Origin: Psammoneis japonica
Taxonomy: Eukaryota
DNA length: 64,000 bases
Assembly (NCBI GenBank): GCA_008632985.1
Contig: QPGO01000031.1
Location: 496,001 to 560,000 of the forward strand
Direction of reading: 5' to 3'
Shown piece by piece: positions 1 through 12,870 of the stretch; the stretch's first letter is position 1, and every line of letters starts with the position of its first letter. The translations under genes were made by a program, and so were the position numbers. Under the pieces are notes generated by a model, which did no database searches, had not been told where the DNA came from, and saw only the letters and a program-made list of their open reading frames with translations.

Positions 1-41
1 TGCACGAGCGTAAACTCGCTAATCACAGCACAGTCATCACC

Positions 42-830
42 ATGTATCACAAACTCTGGAATAGCATGTTTGAACGCCTGGAAAGGTACAAGTCCGTCCA
101 CGGCCATTGCAGGGTTCCACCTCACTACGCTGAAGAGCCCAAGCTTGGTACGTGGGTGAGATTTACATCTTGTTCATTGTGTTTTTGTGTAAATTAATGT
201 GCTCACATTCATTTATGTATTTGCACACAAATGCCTCAACGAAGGGACGTGGGTGATGAATCAAAGAACTAACAAGAAAAAGAAGCGTCTCACACAAGAA
301 CGGATTGATCGACTGGAGTCTATTGGTTTTGAATGGAGTGTTCGACAACAAGAAACATGGGATTCTGTTTTCGAGAGGCTCGTGGAGTATAAACAGAAAT
401 ACGGGGATTGCCTCGTGCCTACTGAATACTCACAGGATCCTAAATTAGGTAATTGGGTCAAGTCCATGACCGTGGACGCGATTTCGCCTGAAACACTCAC
501 TCATACACGCTTGCTTCTTTTGTGCTTCTAGCGAGATGGGTCAAAATGCAAAGGTATCGCAAAGCCCTCTTGAGTAATGAGAGAATCGAACGACTCGATG
601 CAATCGGATTTCAATGGAGCGTGCGACACCAGAAAGAAACTTGGAATGGCATGTACGAGAAGCTAGTCAAGTGGAAGAACGAAAAAGGGACTTGCAGAGT
701 TCGTCAGGGTGAAAATCAAAAGCTTGGAAGTTGGGTGTCGGATCAAAGATACAAGAAGAAAAAGGGGCGGTTGTCTCCCGATCGGGTCAGCCTTTTGAAT
801 TCTATTGGATTCGACTGGGGAACTAGCTAG
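42..830 (+). CDS. Helicase-associated (HA) domain repeat protein, three repeats; may start upstream of the window
   Basis: Three units of W..M(F/Y)E(R/K)L...K...G.C.V...KL..WV..QR...L...R...L..IGF.W. GT-AG introns at 148-244 and 449-531 join the frames (L-G-T-W-V and L-A-R-W-V). The frame is open upstream of ATG 42. Confidence 0.85.
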
Positions 831-1255
831 AGAGTAGCAGTACCGTTTAATATATATATATACATAAAAGGGACTTGCGTACATATTTCATCATTGCCAG
901 TCCCAAATTTAGAATTGTTTCCGATTTTAAAGAGTGCAGTCAAACCACTTTCTATACCACCTTGTACTACTCTCCGCTGGTAAAGAGTGATTCCTGCGTT
1001 GTGATGCAACTAACGATGTCGCCATCATCTGTCCATTCCACGTTTCACGAACAGATTTGTCGCAGGAGGGGCGGTCAATGACCACAATAGGAATCAGGAA
1101 TGTCACTTTGAATGCTTCGTTGCATCCCGAGCTCACGCGCCAAAAAAGCTCTCACCCGTTATTGCGCGTGCAACGTGCGTGCAACACTCCAACGACAACC
1201 AAGTCACATCACGCATCAGCGTACCGGTACCGGTGTTCATATGACACGATCCACG

Positions 1256-1900
1256 ATGGAGACTCCCGCCGCTACAGGACAGCAATACAAGCTGCCTTGC
1301 CCTCGCCGCATGTTTGTCAGTGACGCTCATACCGTTGAATCAGCTTCTCAGACTCTGGTACGAATCATGGGCTGCGTCGTGGACGTGTCGGAACAAACTG
1401 TGGATACTGTAGAAAAAATGTGGTGGCTCTCTCTGGATGATGGGACGGGACGGTTGCTGCGGACGACTTGTTCCCTGGAAATGGTGACACAACTTGTACC
1501 GAAAGCGCAACAATTACTTGGTAAAACTTTGGATTGTGTGGGGACAATTCAGGAAGAAAGAGAATCACAAGAGCGAGTTCTCGTTGCAGAAACTGTGGCA
1601 ATCGTGGGCGATGTGCATGCTCAGTACTTGCGATGGCTTGAAATTTGTCTGCAAGCCAAGACTGATAATACATTCCAGGATAAGTCTGTTTTCATGGCAG
1701 GTGGGTATGAGCCCCCATCACTTTGTGCAGCAGATGTGGCTCGTTTTATTCGAGTGGGTGCATCTGATGGTGGGGTGACTTTAGAAGATTTAGCGTTGGT
1801 GGGTGGAGTCGACGAAAGTACAATGCGAGACTTAGTTCAAGAGCTGCAAGTCAACGGAGAGATATATCAGCATCGACGCGGCACTTACATGCCTCTATAG
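1256..1900 (+). CDS. OB-fold plus C-terminal winged-helix protein (RPA32/Stn1/RMI2-like)
   Basis: VRIMGCVVDV...WLSLDDGTG OB-fold motif; C-terminal GVTLEDLA...LVQELQVNGEIYQ resembles the RPA32 winged helix. Start uncertain (1241 or 1256). Confidence 0.65.
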   Translation: METPAATGQQYKLPCPRRMFVSDAHTVESASQTLVRIMGCVVDVSEQTVDTVEKMWWLSLDDGTGRLLRTTCSLEMVTQLVPKAQQLLGKTLDCVGTIQEERESQERVLVAETVAIVGDVHAQYLRWLEICLQAKTDNTFQDKSVFMAGGYEPPSLCAADVARFIRVGASDGGVTLEDLALVGGVDESTMRDLVQELQVNGEIYQHRRGTYMPL

Positions 1901-2063
1901 AAGGCCGAGGGAGTTTTCCTGGCTTTGAAAACTATTCATAATCTCATACGTTAGTTCATGTCACAAACAATAGACAAGAAATCTAGCATAGCAGGTTAAG
2001 TGTTACGTTGAGTAAGCGCAACTCTTCAACTTCGCTGTAAAGGCTAAGCTTTACATTCTGACA

Positions 2064-3935
2064 CTATGGTATCGGCTCGCCAATCTCTCCTTCGCCATAC
2101 CAATCTTTACCCACACGATCACTGCTGAAAATGGGTAAACGATTCTTCATGTGAACTCGGTCAATCTCCCACATGATTTCATCCGACAAGGAATCCTTGT
2201 TGCTAAAGTATTTGAGACACTCTTTGAGCTGGTCAATGTTTGAATGTCCCAAGAGCGTCGTCGTGACAAGAGAACGTTGACGATTCCATCGCAAAGCAAG
2301 CTCCGTCAAGGTCATTTTGTTTTTCTTTGCAATGTCATTATAAGCCTTGATGGCCTCCTGTGCCGCGGTGGTACGGTACCTGTACAACGTCCCACCCCAA
2401 CCCCGAGTGTCCATCCGCCCTCGAGGTTTCGACAGTGATGACATGGCTCGACTCTTGTTTTCCATGTCATCCAGTGCCGCAGGTATATCCATGTACTTGC
2501 CAGTCAACATCCCCCCAGCCAAGGCATTGTATGACATGAAGCCAACATTCTCATTATACGGCGAGGCGGCTTCAGCGACACCATTTTCCTCGCTCTGATG
2601 AGAGACAGTATCATAAAACCACATGCAAATCATGAGACGACACAAACACACAGGAGACAGGTTGAGGAATCTTCTCGATTCAGATCTCAAACATTACCTT
2701 TCGATCAATCAAAGAGAAATCCCCTTGTATGCTGCAAGGCGGAGTGACGCCCAACATTTTCGCTGTCCGCGTACAAGCAGTAAGACCATACGCGTTATCG
2801 TTGCAGAGGCCCCATCCACGAATCTTTCCTTGCTGAATCAGGTCTTCCATGGCAACACACAACTCTTCAAAGGACGTCGGTCCTCCCATCAACCTCCAAT
2901 AATTATCCTGATCATTTTCGATATTGTACTTGAGAGACTGTCCCCAATTCGATTGTGGCGAGTAACGCTGAGGCCAATGCAACTGCGTTTTGATGCATGG
3001 CATGTAGTACGAGAAAAGAGCGATGAGTAGACGCAGGTGGCTATGACCTGAAGCAGGATGATATGCCATAACCGTCGGAACGTCTTCTTACCTGGTACAC
3101 GTCAATGTAGTCCGTCTGCAATCGCTTTAGACTCCCCTCACAGTCGTTCCTGATATTTTTGGGAGTGACATTTCTAAAGGAACAACACCGTAGTGTCAAC
3201 AGAGTCGAAAAGTCAGAACAGCACAAAGCATAACAGACTTGCGCGTCATTCAAACACCTACCTCCCGCCCGTGATTTTAGAAGCAATTACTACTTTGTTT
3301 CTAGGCACTTTGCGATCCTGGAGCCATGCTCCAATCAGCTTCTCAGAATCGCCCTCGTTCACTGAAATACCATCACTGGGAATGGGATACTGCTCGGCCG
3401 TGTCGATCAAATTGATGCCACCATTGAGAATGGCCTCATCCATAAAGGCGTAACATTCCTCTGGACCCGGAGCATTGAAATCAGAAGATACCCTGTACAT
3501 TTCGAAAAAGAAGAAAGAATGAGAGAAACGATTGAGGCGTGAAAAATTGTTCCTTCTGCGTTCTTTGTCGTCTCACCATCGTTGCGTCCCGAGGCCCATT
3601 TCCGAAACAACAATATCAGAGCCGCCCAATCTGCGGTGCTTAATACCATTGACAACTTTTACAACTTCATTGGTGGGTCCCGCCGACTTTTTATTGCCAC
3701 TCCTCGTTGATGCTGCTGAAGCTGCTGCATTGTCACTATCGTCCCCAAAGATACCGCCCAACCAGCCACCAGCAGCCAACACGGTCCTTCTCGTGGAAGA
3801 GTACGAGTACTCATTGCGTGTCATTTGAAAAGGGTGACAACGTAAACGATTCCTGTTTCCAGTAGTAGTACCATGATGAAAGGCATACGATGCCGATGGA
3901 AAGACGAGAACGAGTGCGATCTTTAACAATTCCAT
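2064..3935 (-). CDS. Aldo/keto reductase (Tas-like), multi-exon, probable plastid bipartite presequence
   Basis: Exons encode RRLGGSDIVVSEMGLGTQ, GINLIDTAEQY, IASKI, SLKRLQTDYIDVYQ-LHWP, GKIRGWGLCN and YNALAGGMLTGKY. N-terminus MELLKIALVLVFPSASYAF resembles a signal peptide with an ASAFAP-type cleavage site. Confidence 0.9.
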
Positions 3936-4079
3936 CGTTTGCTGGTGTTTCGAACTGTGCAACTGTGATGTGTGATGATGTGACACCGTGCGCGCGTGGG
4001 GTCGGTATCGCCGGGTCGGTCGAGGGCGCCGCGAAGCGCCGCAGTGACGTGTTGTGAGTTGTGATGGCAAAAAATGGGC

Positions 4080-5660
4080 CCGCCGCCCACCTTCAACCTG
4101 TCTTCCGCCAAGCGATGGCTTGCTTGTTCATCAGCATTTTCAATTTTCGGAGGCAGCGAGAGAGCACAACAGCTTGATTCTGGAGAGTTTAGGAGTGCTT
4201 TTGCCACCACAAGAGTGGGGTTGAACAGCCAGCATTGGCGTGAACAAGCAGCAGCACGAGAAAGTTGTGCAGAGTTGGCCATGCTGCTGCGAGGATCTTC
4301 AAGTGTTGTGCCTCAGAGGCACTCTTGCAAGCCTCAGCCAGCAGGGTAGCATGCAGCTCATGACATGCCAAGACTCCTGGGAAGGAGGGCCACTTGCAAG
4401 AGAGCCAAACACTTCATCTGTGTGAGCAGCCTCATGAAAAAAAGAGAGCCCAGAAGAGCTCAAAGAAAGCCTGCTGAAGTTCCTTCCAAGTGCAGTCAGC
4501 TCCCATCTTTGATGACAGCCAGACAAAGCCCACACCATTGCACACATGGAACTCTGACTTGTTTTAGTGTGAAGACAAGGAAGAAGCAAGGGCGCACCTC
4601 TTTGACAAGTGTCTCCAATGGTCAAAATGTTGAAGAGCAAAACACTCCTTACAAGACATTGCACAGACCAATCAAGACCAAAACAAAAGCCCCTTTTGCT
4701 GCTCCACTTGGGCCCAGCTGAGCTTGCGTGTCTTGGCAGCATGTCAGACAAACAGAGAGCTCTGCTTGACAAGGCCCCAGAGAGCAGCAACCCAAATTGC
4801 TTGGGGAGAATTCTGCCTTGGTTTGTCTCTAGAGCAGTCTCTGAGTCCTGACTGTGTGGTGTGCCAGCAACCACCAAGCATGGCTGGAGAGAGAGTGCAA
4901 AAAACACGCTGACTGACAATGCCCGCCACCAGCACCAGGCCTGGCACAGACTGCAGACAAGTGCACTGGCCACCAGGGACACAGCTTCTTGTGGCTTGCC
5001 AGTGACATGCTGAGCTGCCACATGTGCCACCCTGCCTGGCTGTGTGTTTGGGTGGAGTCTGCAGCTCTTGCAGAAAGGCTGCGTGCGCCATGTGCTGCTG
5101 TTTTGAAAGAACCCAACATGGAGAACACCCTGCCAGCCCACCAGGAACAACTGAGTTGGTCTTGGCATCCCTTGGAATGGGTGAAAGTGCTGTTGAAGCC
5201 TTCCACAGAGAACAAAAGCTGGCACAAGGCAAAAGAAGATGAGAGGTTGCCGTGCCACCTGCCAGCTTCAAATGAGAAGCCCAAAGGTCTCTGAGCACTC
5301 ACACCATGACAAATGCTGGGCATGCTGGAGTTGACACCAAGCACCATGGGGACGTGATTGTTGATGGCCCAACAACATGAATGTGTGATTTTTCCAGTGA
5401 CACTTTTGTGCTGGCGTGCTTCGAAACAGCGCCAGGTGACCCACTTTTTTGCTTCCATGAGGCAGAACATGCAGAATGCTGAGAGCATCTGACCACATGA
5501 GCACAACTCAAGAAATACAACAACCCAAAATTTTGGTTCTCTGCTTCTACAGCTGTTGTTCTCTCTGTTGCTTCAATGCCGCTCTGAGACTCTCTGCCGG
5601 GGATTGATTGATTGACATGGAACATGAAACAGGCAGGGAAGAGGCAAATGTGTGCTGACC
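4080..5660. mobile_element. TpA/CpG-depleted degenerate repeat block A, family not identified
   Basis: Near absence of TA and CG, excess of TG/CA, Cys/His-rich junk ORFs in all frames. Boundaries approximate. Confidence 0.6.
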
Positions 5661-5903
5661 TGTCCGTCGTCAGTTTCCGTCTCTAATAATAACCCTGCAC
5701 CACACCCACCGTACAGTACCGTACCTGCGCGCACCGCTCCTGCACACTGCAACACTGAAACTGCAACATGATGAAAAAAGCGGCACGGACGGGGAAGTGA
5801 AGCCAGCAATTCGATGCCATTGCGTTTGCCATTTGGCATAGTTCTGTGTTCCTTTCTCCTTCGTTTAGATTTGTCTCATTTTGTTCGGGGTCTTTCTGGA
5901 ACA

Positions 5904-6593
5904 ATGTCGAACGACAATAAGGATGCCGCGTCTGCAGCCATGAAAACCGATTCTGATGCTGATGATGCCGCATCTGCAACATCATCATCTTCATCGGGAC
6001 ATGCCATTGACTTCTTGACTTGGGCACGAGGACTGAAAACAACGCCAAGAACGGGTTGGGTCATGCGACAAGTACCAAACCCAGAATCGGTAGCCGATCA
6101 CTCGTGGCGAATCACGCTCATGGCCATGCTTGCGTCCAGCAAAGAAAGCAACGGCGTGGACACTGCAAAGTGTATAAAAATGGCTCTGGTTCATGATCTA
6201 GCAGAAGCTAGTGTTGGGGACATTACACCGCATTGTGGTATTTCCTCGGAAGAAAAACATGCGTTGGAGTTGGAAGCCATGACCCAAAAGACGTCAGCCT
6301 TGGGAATGTGCGGCGACGAAATTTTGAGTTTGTGGCGTGAGTATGAAGAGGGCACGAGCGCAGAAGCAAAACTCTGCAAGGATATGGACAAGTTGGAAAT
6401 GATTCTGCAAGCTCAAGAATATGAAAGCGACGGCAAGAGTGGAAAATCATTGGATCAATTCTTTACTTCCACCAGAGGGAAATGGCAGACGCCTTTAGGG
6501 GAAGCTTGGGCGAAAGAGATTGAAGCAAGAAGAACGATGGATCAGAATCAGAGTAAGAGCAATGACAAGGAGGAAGACGACAATGGAGCTTGA
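5904..6593 (+). CDS. HDDC2: HD-domain 5'-deoxynucleotidase (HDDC2/YfbR-like)
   Basis: [10 protein letters not shown]...ESVADHSWR...[17 protein letters not shown]...[15 protein letters not shown]. Confidence 0.9.
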   Translation: MSNDNKDAASAAMKTDSDADDAASATSSSSSGHAIDFLTWARGLKTTPRTGWVMRQVPNPESVADHSWRITLMAMLASSKESNGVDTAKCIKMALVHDLAEASVGDITPHCGISSEEKHALELEAMTQKTSALGMCGDEILSLWREYEEGTSAEAKLCKDMDKLEMILQAQEYESDGKSGKSLDQFFTSTRGKWQTPLGEAWAKEIEARRTMDQNQSKSNDKEEDDNGA

Positions 6594-6715
6594 GATTTGT
6601 TTAATTAAACCATTGACATTTTGATTTGAATCTGCACATTGTCATTACGATACAACTTCTGTGAAAGATGATCAATGGATCTTTGGCTAACTACACACCG
6701 GTATGCACGGTACGT

Positions 6716-7050
6716 TCATGTTCCTCGGCTTTTATTTTCTCGAAGAAGCATACCCGCCTTATGCCATGCCTCGTCAGCGTACATAACGAAATAGGCGCCT
6801 TCTACATTCGGTGCCTTGGCAAGGAACCGCCCTCCATGTCGATGAACTTTTTCCTTAACTTTTTGCATCTGCCTGCAAGCTTCTTTTTTTCTTGTTTTCC
6901 TTGTGTGGAATTGCCTTGTGCTCATCCCTGAACAGTGCCACCACTGATTGAAGTTTCGTGTTGCCATCATGGTTGATGACAGCTCCACCTCGCCCCGGAA
7001 GGACATCAAGCTCGCGACTGGCTTTCTCCTCTACAAATGTGCAGAGAGAG
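6716..7050 (-). pseudogene. DUF6824-like domain gene, frameshifted and partly hypermutated
   Basis: DVLPGRGGAVINHDGN...FRDEHK in one frame and KVHRHGGRFL...AWHKAGMLLRE in another; together they match the diatom-expanded DVL.GRG...H.GN...GGRFL...A..K....LRE domain. Confidence 0.65.
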
Positions 7051-10000
7051 CAGTTTTTTTCATGCCAATGGACTTTGCTGCAGTGTTCCTGGTGCCTGGA
7101 ACACTTGTGAGGGATCTTGTTGGTTGTCTTGACACTGGATTTCACAGCGGGCATGGCAGCACATGCATTGACATCCACTGGGCCTGCAGATTTGTTGGAC
7201 GTGCCACCACATGTTCTTGAACCATTTGCCACTCTTCGAGCAAGCGACTCTGCTGGATGTGCCCATCCAACAGTGTCTGAAAGTTTTCCAGTGCACTTGA
7301 GCCACAGGTCTTGGAGTCAAATGGCAACACATTTTGGGGGGCAGACAGAGTGTTGCCTTGTCCTTTTTGTGCCTTGTCTGTTGAGTTCTTCATGACATCC
7401 TTTGTGATCATGTCATGGAGCACTGTGCTTCATGAACGCACATTTGAGTTGGAGATCAAAGTGACATTGACAGACCCACTCTTCTTGCCAGGATTGGACT
7501 TGCTCATTGTTGAACATGCCAAGCTCTTGAACATCTCATGAAGCTGAGGGTTGTTGTTGACAGACACTGCCAGCAGAGATTTTCAACACTCTGAGAGAGT
7601 GACCATCAATCACCAGGAGATGCTCATGATGGCATCAGCGAACCCCTTTTCTTGCACTGCAAACTGGATTTGAGGGTCATTGAGTTTGGCTGCTTGCACT
7701 TTTTCCACTGAAGAGGAAAAGTTGAGTGACAACTTTTGAGACAATGACATTGACTCCACACTGTTCATTGCAAATCTGAGATGATGAGTGTGCAGTCATG
7801 AACAACAGGCTCTTGTTGGAGCACAATCACTTGGACTTGCAAAGTGTGCTTTGTTTGTTTTTGCAAAAGATGGCCTCACAATGTTGAAGTGATGACTGGG
7901 TTGTGCTTTCACAGTTTGGTGCTTGTTCAAGTGAAAAAGCTTCCATCACTTCTGTCAGTTGGGTGAAACTGTTTTTTTCTTCAGGAAAGCCAATGTGTGC
8001 AAAGTCATTGCCTGCAAACATGCAGGAATGATTGGTCACAAGTGTGCCAACATGGCTCACAATGGCCTCCTTTGTGGTGATTGTGCTGACACTGCTCACA
8101 TTGGCTGCTGTTGTGGTCATTGCATCCTTCATTGCATGCCACAGAGACAAATTGTGAAGTGATTTTCACAAATCAAAAATGATTTTTAGGTGGTGCAGAC
8201 ATCTGGAAAACACCACAAGAATCTTGCAAAAATGAAGAAGGGGCCACACATGAAAAAGAAGGTGGGTGAGCATGTGCCCCAGTGCTCTTGCTGCACTTGC
8301 TGCCATCATTTGCAGCTGCTCCCTCTGATGTGGTTCCCTTGAATCTGCTGAGCAGCCAGCACAGATCTTTTTTCTGTCCTTTCTTCTTTTAAAACTGCAC
8401 AAAAAAAGACAGAGTCTGTGGTTTTTCAGGTTTTCTCACACTGTGCCTCAAAAAAAGGGGGCAAAGCAATGACAGAAGAAAGGGGGCAGGGGCGGGCATT
8501 GCCATTGGAGACATGACTCCAAAGTTGTGAGATCAGCCAGCACTTTTCCTGCACAGCTCTGAACTTGATGGCCAGCTGGCCCAGTGGTTGCAATGTGTGC
8601 AGGGCTCTCCTTGTTGTTGTGAGCAGCTCAGCACTTGAAAAACTTTCACTGTCTTCCAAATGCTGGTGTTTGGTTGGGCACAGTTTGGCTGCATTGTGGT
8701 TGCTCACCCACACTTGGTTGTTTGTTTTGCATTGCTGCCAATGATTTGGCATGATTTCTTTTTGTGTGTTGGTTGAGAGTGAGGCTCGTGTGCCCACACT
8801 CATTGTTGGGGTGGCATGCACATGTGCCACATGGGATGAACTTTTGCAATCTGGGTGAAAGTCAGCTGCAAACCACAAATGCATGACAGCTCTTTCTGTG
8901 TGACAGAAAAATGCACAAAACATTGGCCTGCCCAAGCAGCATTTCATGTAAAGCAAGATCGTGCTTCTGGGTGTGCGGCCACAGGTGGGCACAACAATCA
9001 AGAATGTGTGGGGTTGGGGGAAGTGCCCTTTTGCACATTTCAGGTTTTCACTGAAATCAGCCACTTTGGATGCAGCACAAGGCTGCATGGAAAGTGCTGG
9101 CTGCAGTGTGCAGCCAAAGAGAGCACAAGACACCTGGCACCCAACCCATGCATGGCAAGGGTCCAATCACTGCAGAGCTCTGATCAGCAAACTTTGCTGT
9201 GCCACATTTAATCTTGCCATTAGATTGACAATCTCAGTGAGAAACCGGAGGTCAGAAACAGCAATGACCTGAGAAGGGGAAGCCACTGCTGGTGCTGTCA
9301 CATGGAAAAGAACACAGCCTTGACAAGATGGGACAAGCAGTGCACAACTTCAAACTGCTCTGCCAGAGACAGTTTTGTGCCAAGGTTGTTCTGAAAATCC
9401 AAGACTGGCTGCCTCTTGAACAACAACAGCACCACATTTCCAGTTTGCTCTAACCACAAGCTCCTTGTTTTGTTTCTCCTTCTTAAATCATTTGTGGCAT
9501 GCTGTTGTTTGAGATTCACAATTCACAATGTCAAAACTCTCTGAGCAATCTGTTGCGCACTTTGAAAGTGACACCAAAAGACCCAACTTCAGGTCATTCA
9601 AGTTGAGCTCAACAGGAGCTTTGATTGGATGGAGTTTGGCAGGGCAGCAGAAGAGTGAAACATTGATTCAAAAACACTCTCTGACAGTTTGATGGCCCTG
9701 TTCATGATGGATGTTCAGCCACAAGTTAAAATGGGAAGTGATCAAAGACTTCTTTGTTGTGTGAAATGCAAGACACAGAAAATGTCAGTGGTGGCAAGAA
9801 ATGAGTTGCTGTGGCAATTGACTGCAGTCATCCAACACAACTGGGCAACTGCAAACCAGCCAGCAGCTGCAGCAACAATTGAAAACTGGCCAACAATGGC
9901 AATGAATTGGAGCATTGGCTTTGCTGGGCTCAGAGCTGCTGGCTCCACTGTCCTTGGTCTTTTTGCCACATGTTCCACTGCTGTTTCAGCAACACCAACA

Positions 10001-10763
10001 ACAGGGAAGCCAGAGCTTTCAGTCAGCAGAAAGGTCTGCCATGGAACTGAAACCCAGGTCATCTGCTTTTGGTGTGCTTGTCTGCCAGTGACACCCAGCT
10101 GCAGCTGTGCCATCACCAAAAAGAGGAGCAACAGGTGCTTCAGCAGTGTGCTGTTGGCTTCTTCCTGCATGGCAGCAACATCATCTGATCTTGCATTTCA
10201 AATGTTTTTCAACTTCACAATCAAAGTTTTCTCACTCATTGCGCTGTCTCCAATGGTGCTTTTTTCTGGCCAACTCAAAATGTTCATCAGGGTCATCATG
10301 TGGTGCTGGTGGGCAAAAGGGTTTGGGGGGGAGCTGGGGCTCCCCAGTTCATTTTGTCTGGCGAGATGGGTTGTGAGCTGCTGGGACGTGCCACGCACCA
10401 CGCAGTGCCACGTGCCATGCACCACGTGCTGCATTGGCATGGACCACGATGAGCGCATGGTGCTCACACGCACATGCAGTGCACCCCACACAAACCGCAA
10501 TGAAGATGCCATGGATTGCAAAAAGATGGCATTGAACGAACACACCATGGAGGATGATGCGCCTGCTGCGGGCGAGTCTTTTCTCTCCTGAGGAACTTGT
10601 TTGTGAGAATCCAACAAGAGTTCTCAGACAAGATCACACTCTCTCTGTTTCTTTCATGCAACAAAAGGCCTGTCCAGGTGCCTGGCCAGCCAGAGCAGAC
10701 TGCACTGCAGTTTAATGTGTGCAACAGATCGCATGATGATGGTTTGACCCACTGCAAGCATCA

Positions 10764-12870
10764 CAGGGCATGCTGCGAATTTGGAAACAATTGTGCGTTT
10801 TCTTGCGCAAAGCTCAAATTTTCATCCCGAAGCAATGATCGGAGCTTCGCGCAAGATTTGTGTGGAGCTGCATGGAAAACACACCAGAGAGAGACTTTTT
10901 CCTGGGGCGTGGATTTTTTTTGACATGGCACAGTGCCAATCCACACTCGGCCTTGTTTGAGCCATTCTTGATCGTTTTCATTCATTGAAGACATGGATGT
11001 TACTTTTGGGAGGTCTGATTGTCAGGTGAGCCCCTTGGTTTGGCAAAAAATGGAGTTGTCGTTGTGTTGAAATCAAAAAATGGGTGTTTTCCAATTTTGA
11101 GTGGCAAAACCCATGCTTTGATCTTCACTCATTAAAGACACCTCCTCTGTTGCCTGCCATTGCTGGTGTCTCTCCATTGCAGATGCGAAAGGTGCTCGCT
11201 GTCTTGGGCATGCTGTGCGCTCAATCTGTGGTGAGAAACAAGGCACTGTCACATTGACTGGATTGACCAGACAATCAGGAATGGTCACGACCCATGCTTT
11301 GATGTCACTTTGTTCAACACACCTCCTCTGTTGCCTCCCATTGCTGTCATCTCTTTGTCACAGATGCAAAAAGCATCTCCTGTCTTGGGCATGCTGTGTG
11401 TGTGATCTGTGGTGAGCAATGTCGGTCGCACACTTGTGGTCTTGCACCGGCGTTTTGAGACCAACACCGATCCATGCTTTGATGTTTGTTTGTTCATTTC
11501 GTCTCTTTGCTCACACTTCTTTTGCCGAATCTTTGCTTCACAGTTGTGGGGGCATCCTTCTGTCTTGGAGGCACAACAAATCCAACAAGAAATGCCAGGC
11601 AGAGGTTGCAGCATGGTTGATGCGTCCACAGATGGAAAAGCACTGATGTCGCACCGACAAATGCTGATGCAGATGATCGAGCTCCCATCGACAATGTCGA
11701 AGTCGGAAGTGCTGGCAACACATCAAACGATTCGTCCTGCAATTCCTCCACTCATGAATTTCCAGTGAACGCGCTGACATTGTAAAACATGAGGATTCGA
11801 GTCAGCACTTGACTCTCGGATGCATGAACAGCCGAGGAGCTTGATGCTGCCAATGAAAATGGGGGAACACTGGCTTCAGATGACAGAAGAATTTGTTCAG
11901 TGTCGCCACTCTGTTTTGTGATTCTGTTGGCAGTGGTGTCCAACAAACTGGACCAATGGGAAAAGCGCATTCTTGGAAAGTGAGGAGAAGGCGTCGGCAC
12001 ATGTTGCAGTTGGTTTTGTTGATGAACATTTCTTGCCACAGCTCGCACCCACAGCAAAATCAAGACAGAGCAATGCTCCCACAACCACAAAGCAAAGATT
12101 TGACAAAAGAAGTGTGAGCAAAGCGACGAAATCAATGAACAAACATCAAAGCATGGGTCGGTGGCAGCCTCAAAATGCCGACGCGAGACCACACAAATGT
12201 GAGCACTGTTTCTCGCCACAGATCATGCACACAGCATGCCCAAGACAGGGGACACTTTTCTCACCTGTGACAAAGAGATGACAGTGATGGGAGGCAACAG
12301 AGGAGGTGCATTGAACAAATTGACATCAAAGCATGGGTTTTGCCACCCAAAAATGGAAAAGACCCATTTTTGATTTCCACACAACGACAACTCCGTTTCT
12401 CACCAAAGCAAGGGCCTCACCTGTCAATTGCACCGCCTGAAAGTAATGGCCATGTCTTCAATGAATGAAAATGATCAAGAATGGCTCAAACAAGGCCGAG
12501 TGTGGGTCGGCGCGGGCGTCATCTCCAGAAACCTCTCCGGAAAAAAGTTGAGCCTGGGAATGGCCTCCAGCGCCACCACTGGACGGATGAGTCTCTGTGT
12601 CTCCAGGTGCTTGAGCAGGAACACAATGATTTCATCTCTTTGTGGGTGGCATGGTGGTGAGAAACGCTCACAAAGGGACACAACAACATCACTGTGATGA
12701 CACACGCACCATTCAGATGTTTTTTCTCCGTTCTGGAGTTCTGGCTCTGGCGTGTTTTCTGCGCATTTCTGCATGAGTTTTGCACGAAGCGCTGATCGTT
12801 GCTTCAGGCACGATGTTCAACCTTCACGCTGGAAAACGCGCAATTGTTTCTGAATTCGCAGTGATCCCTG
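10764..12870. mobile_element. Non-autonomous foldback/TIR element with ~800-bp imperfect inverted arms
   Basis: Termini CAGGG (10764) and CCCTG (12870). 10764-~11570 aligns in reverse complement with ~12060-12870, with indels; the peptide MSSMNENDQEWLKQGRVW appears on both strands. Confidence 0.8.
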
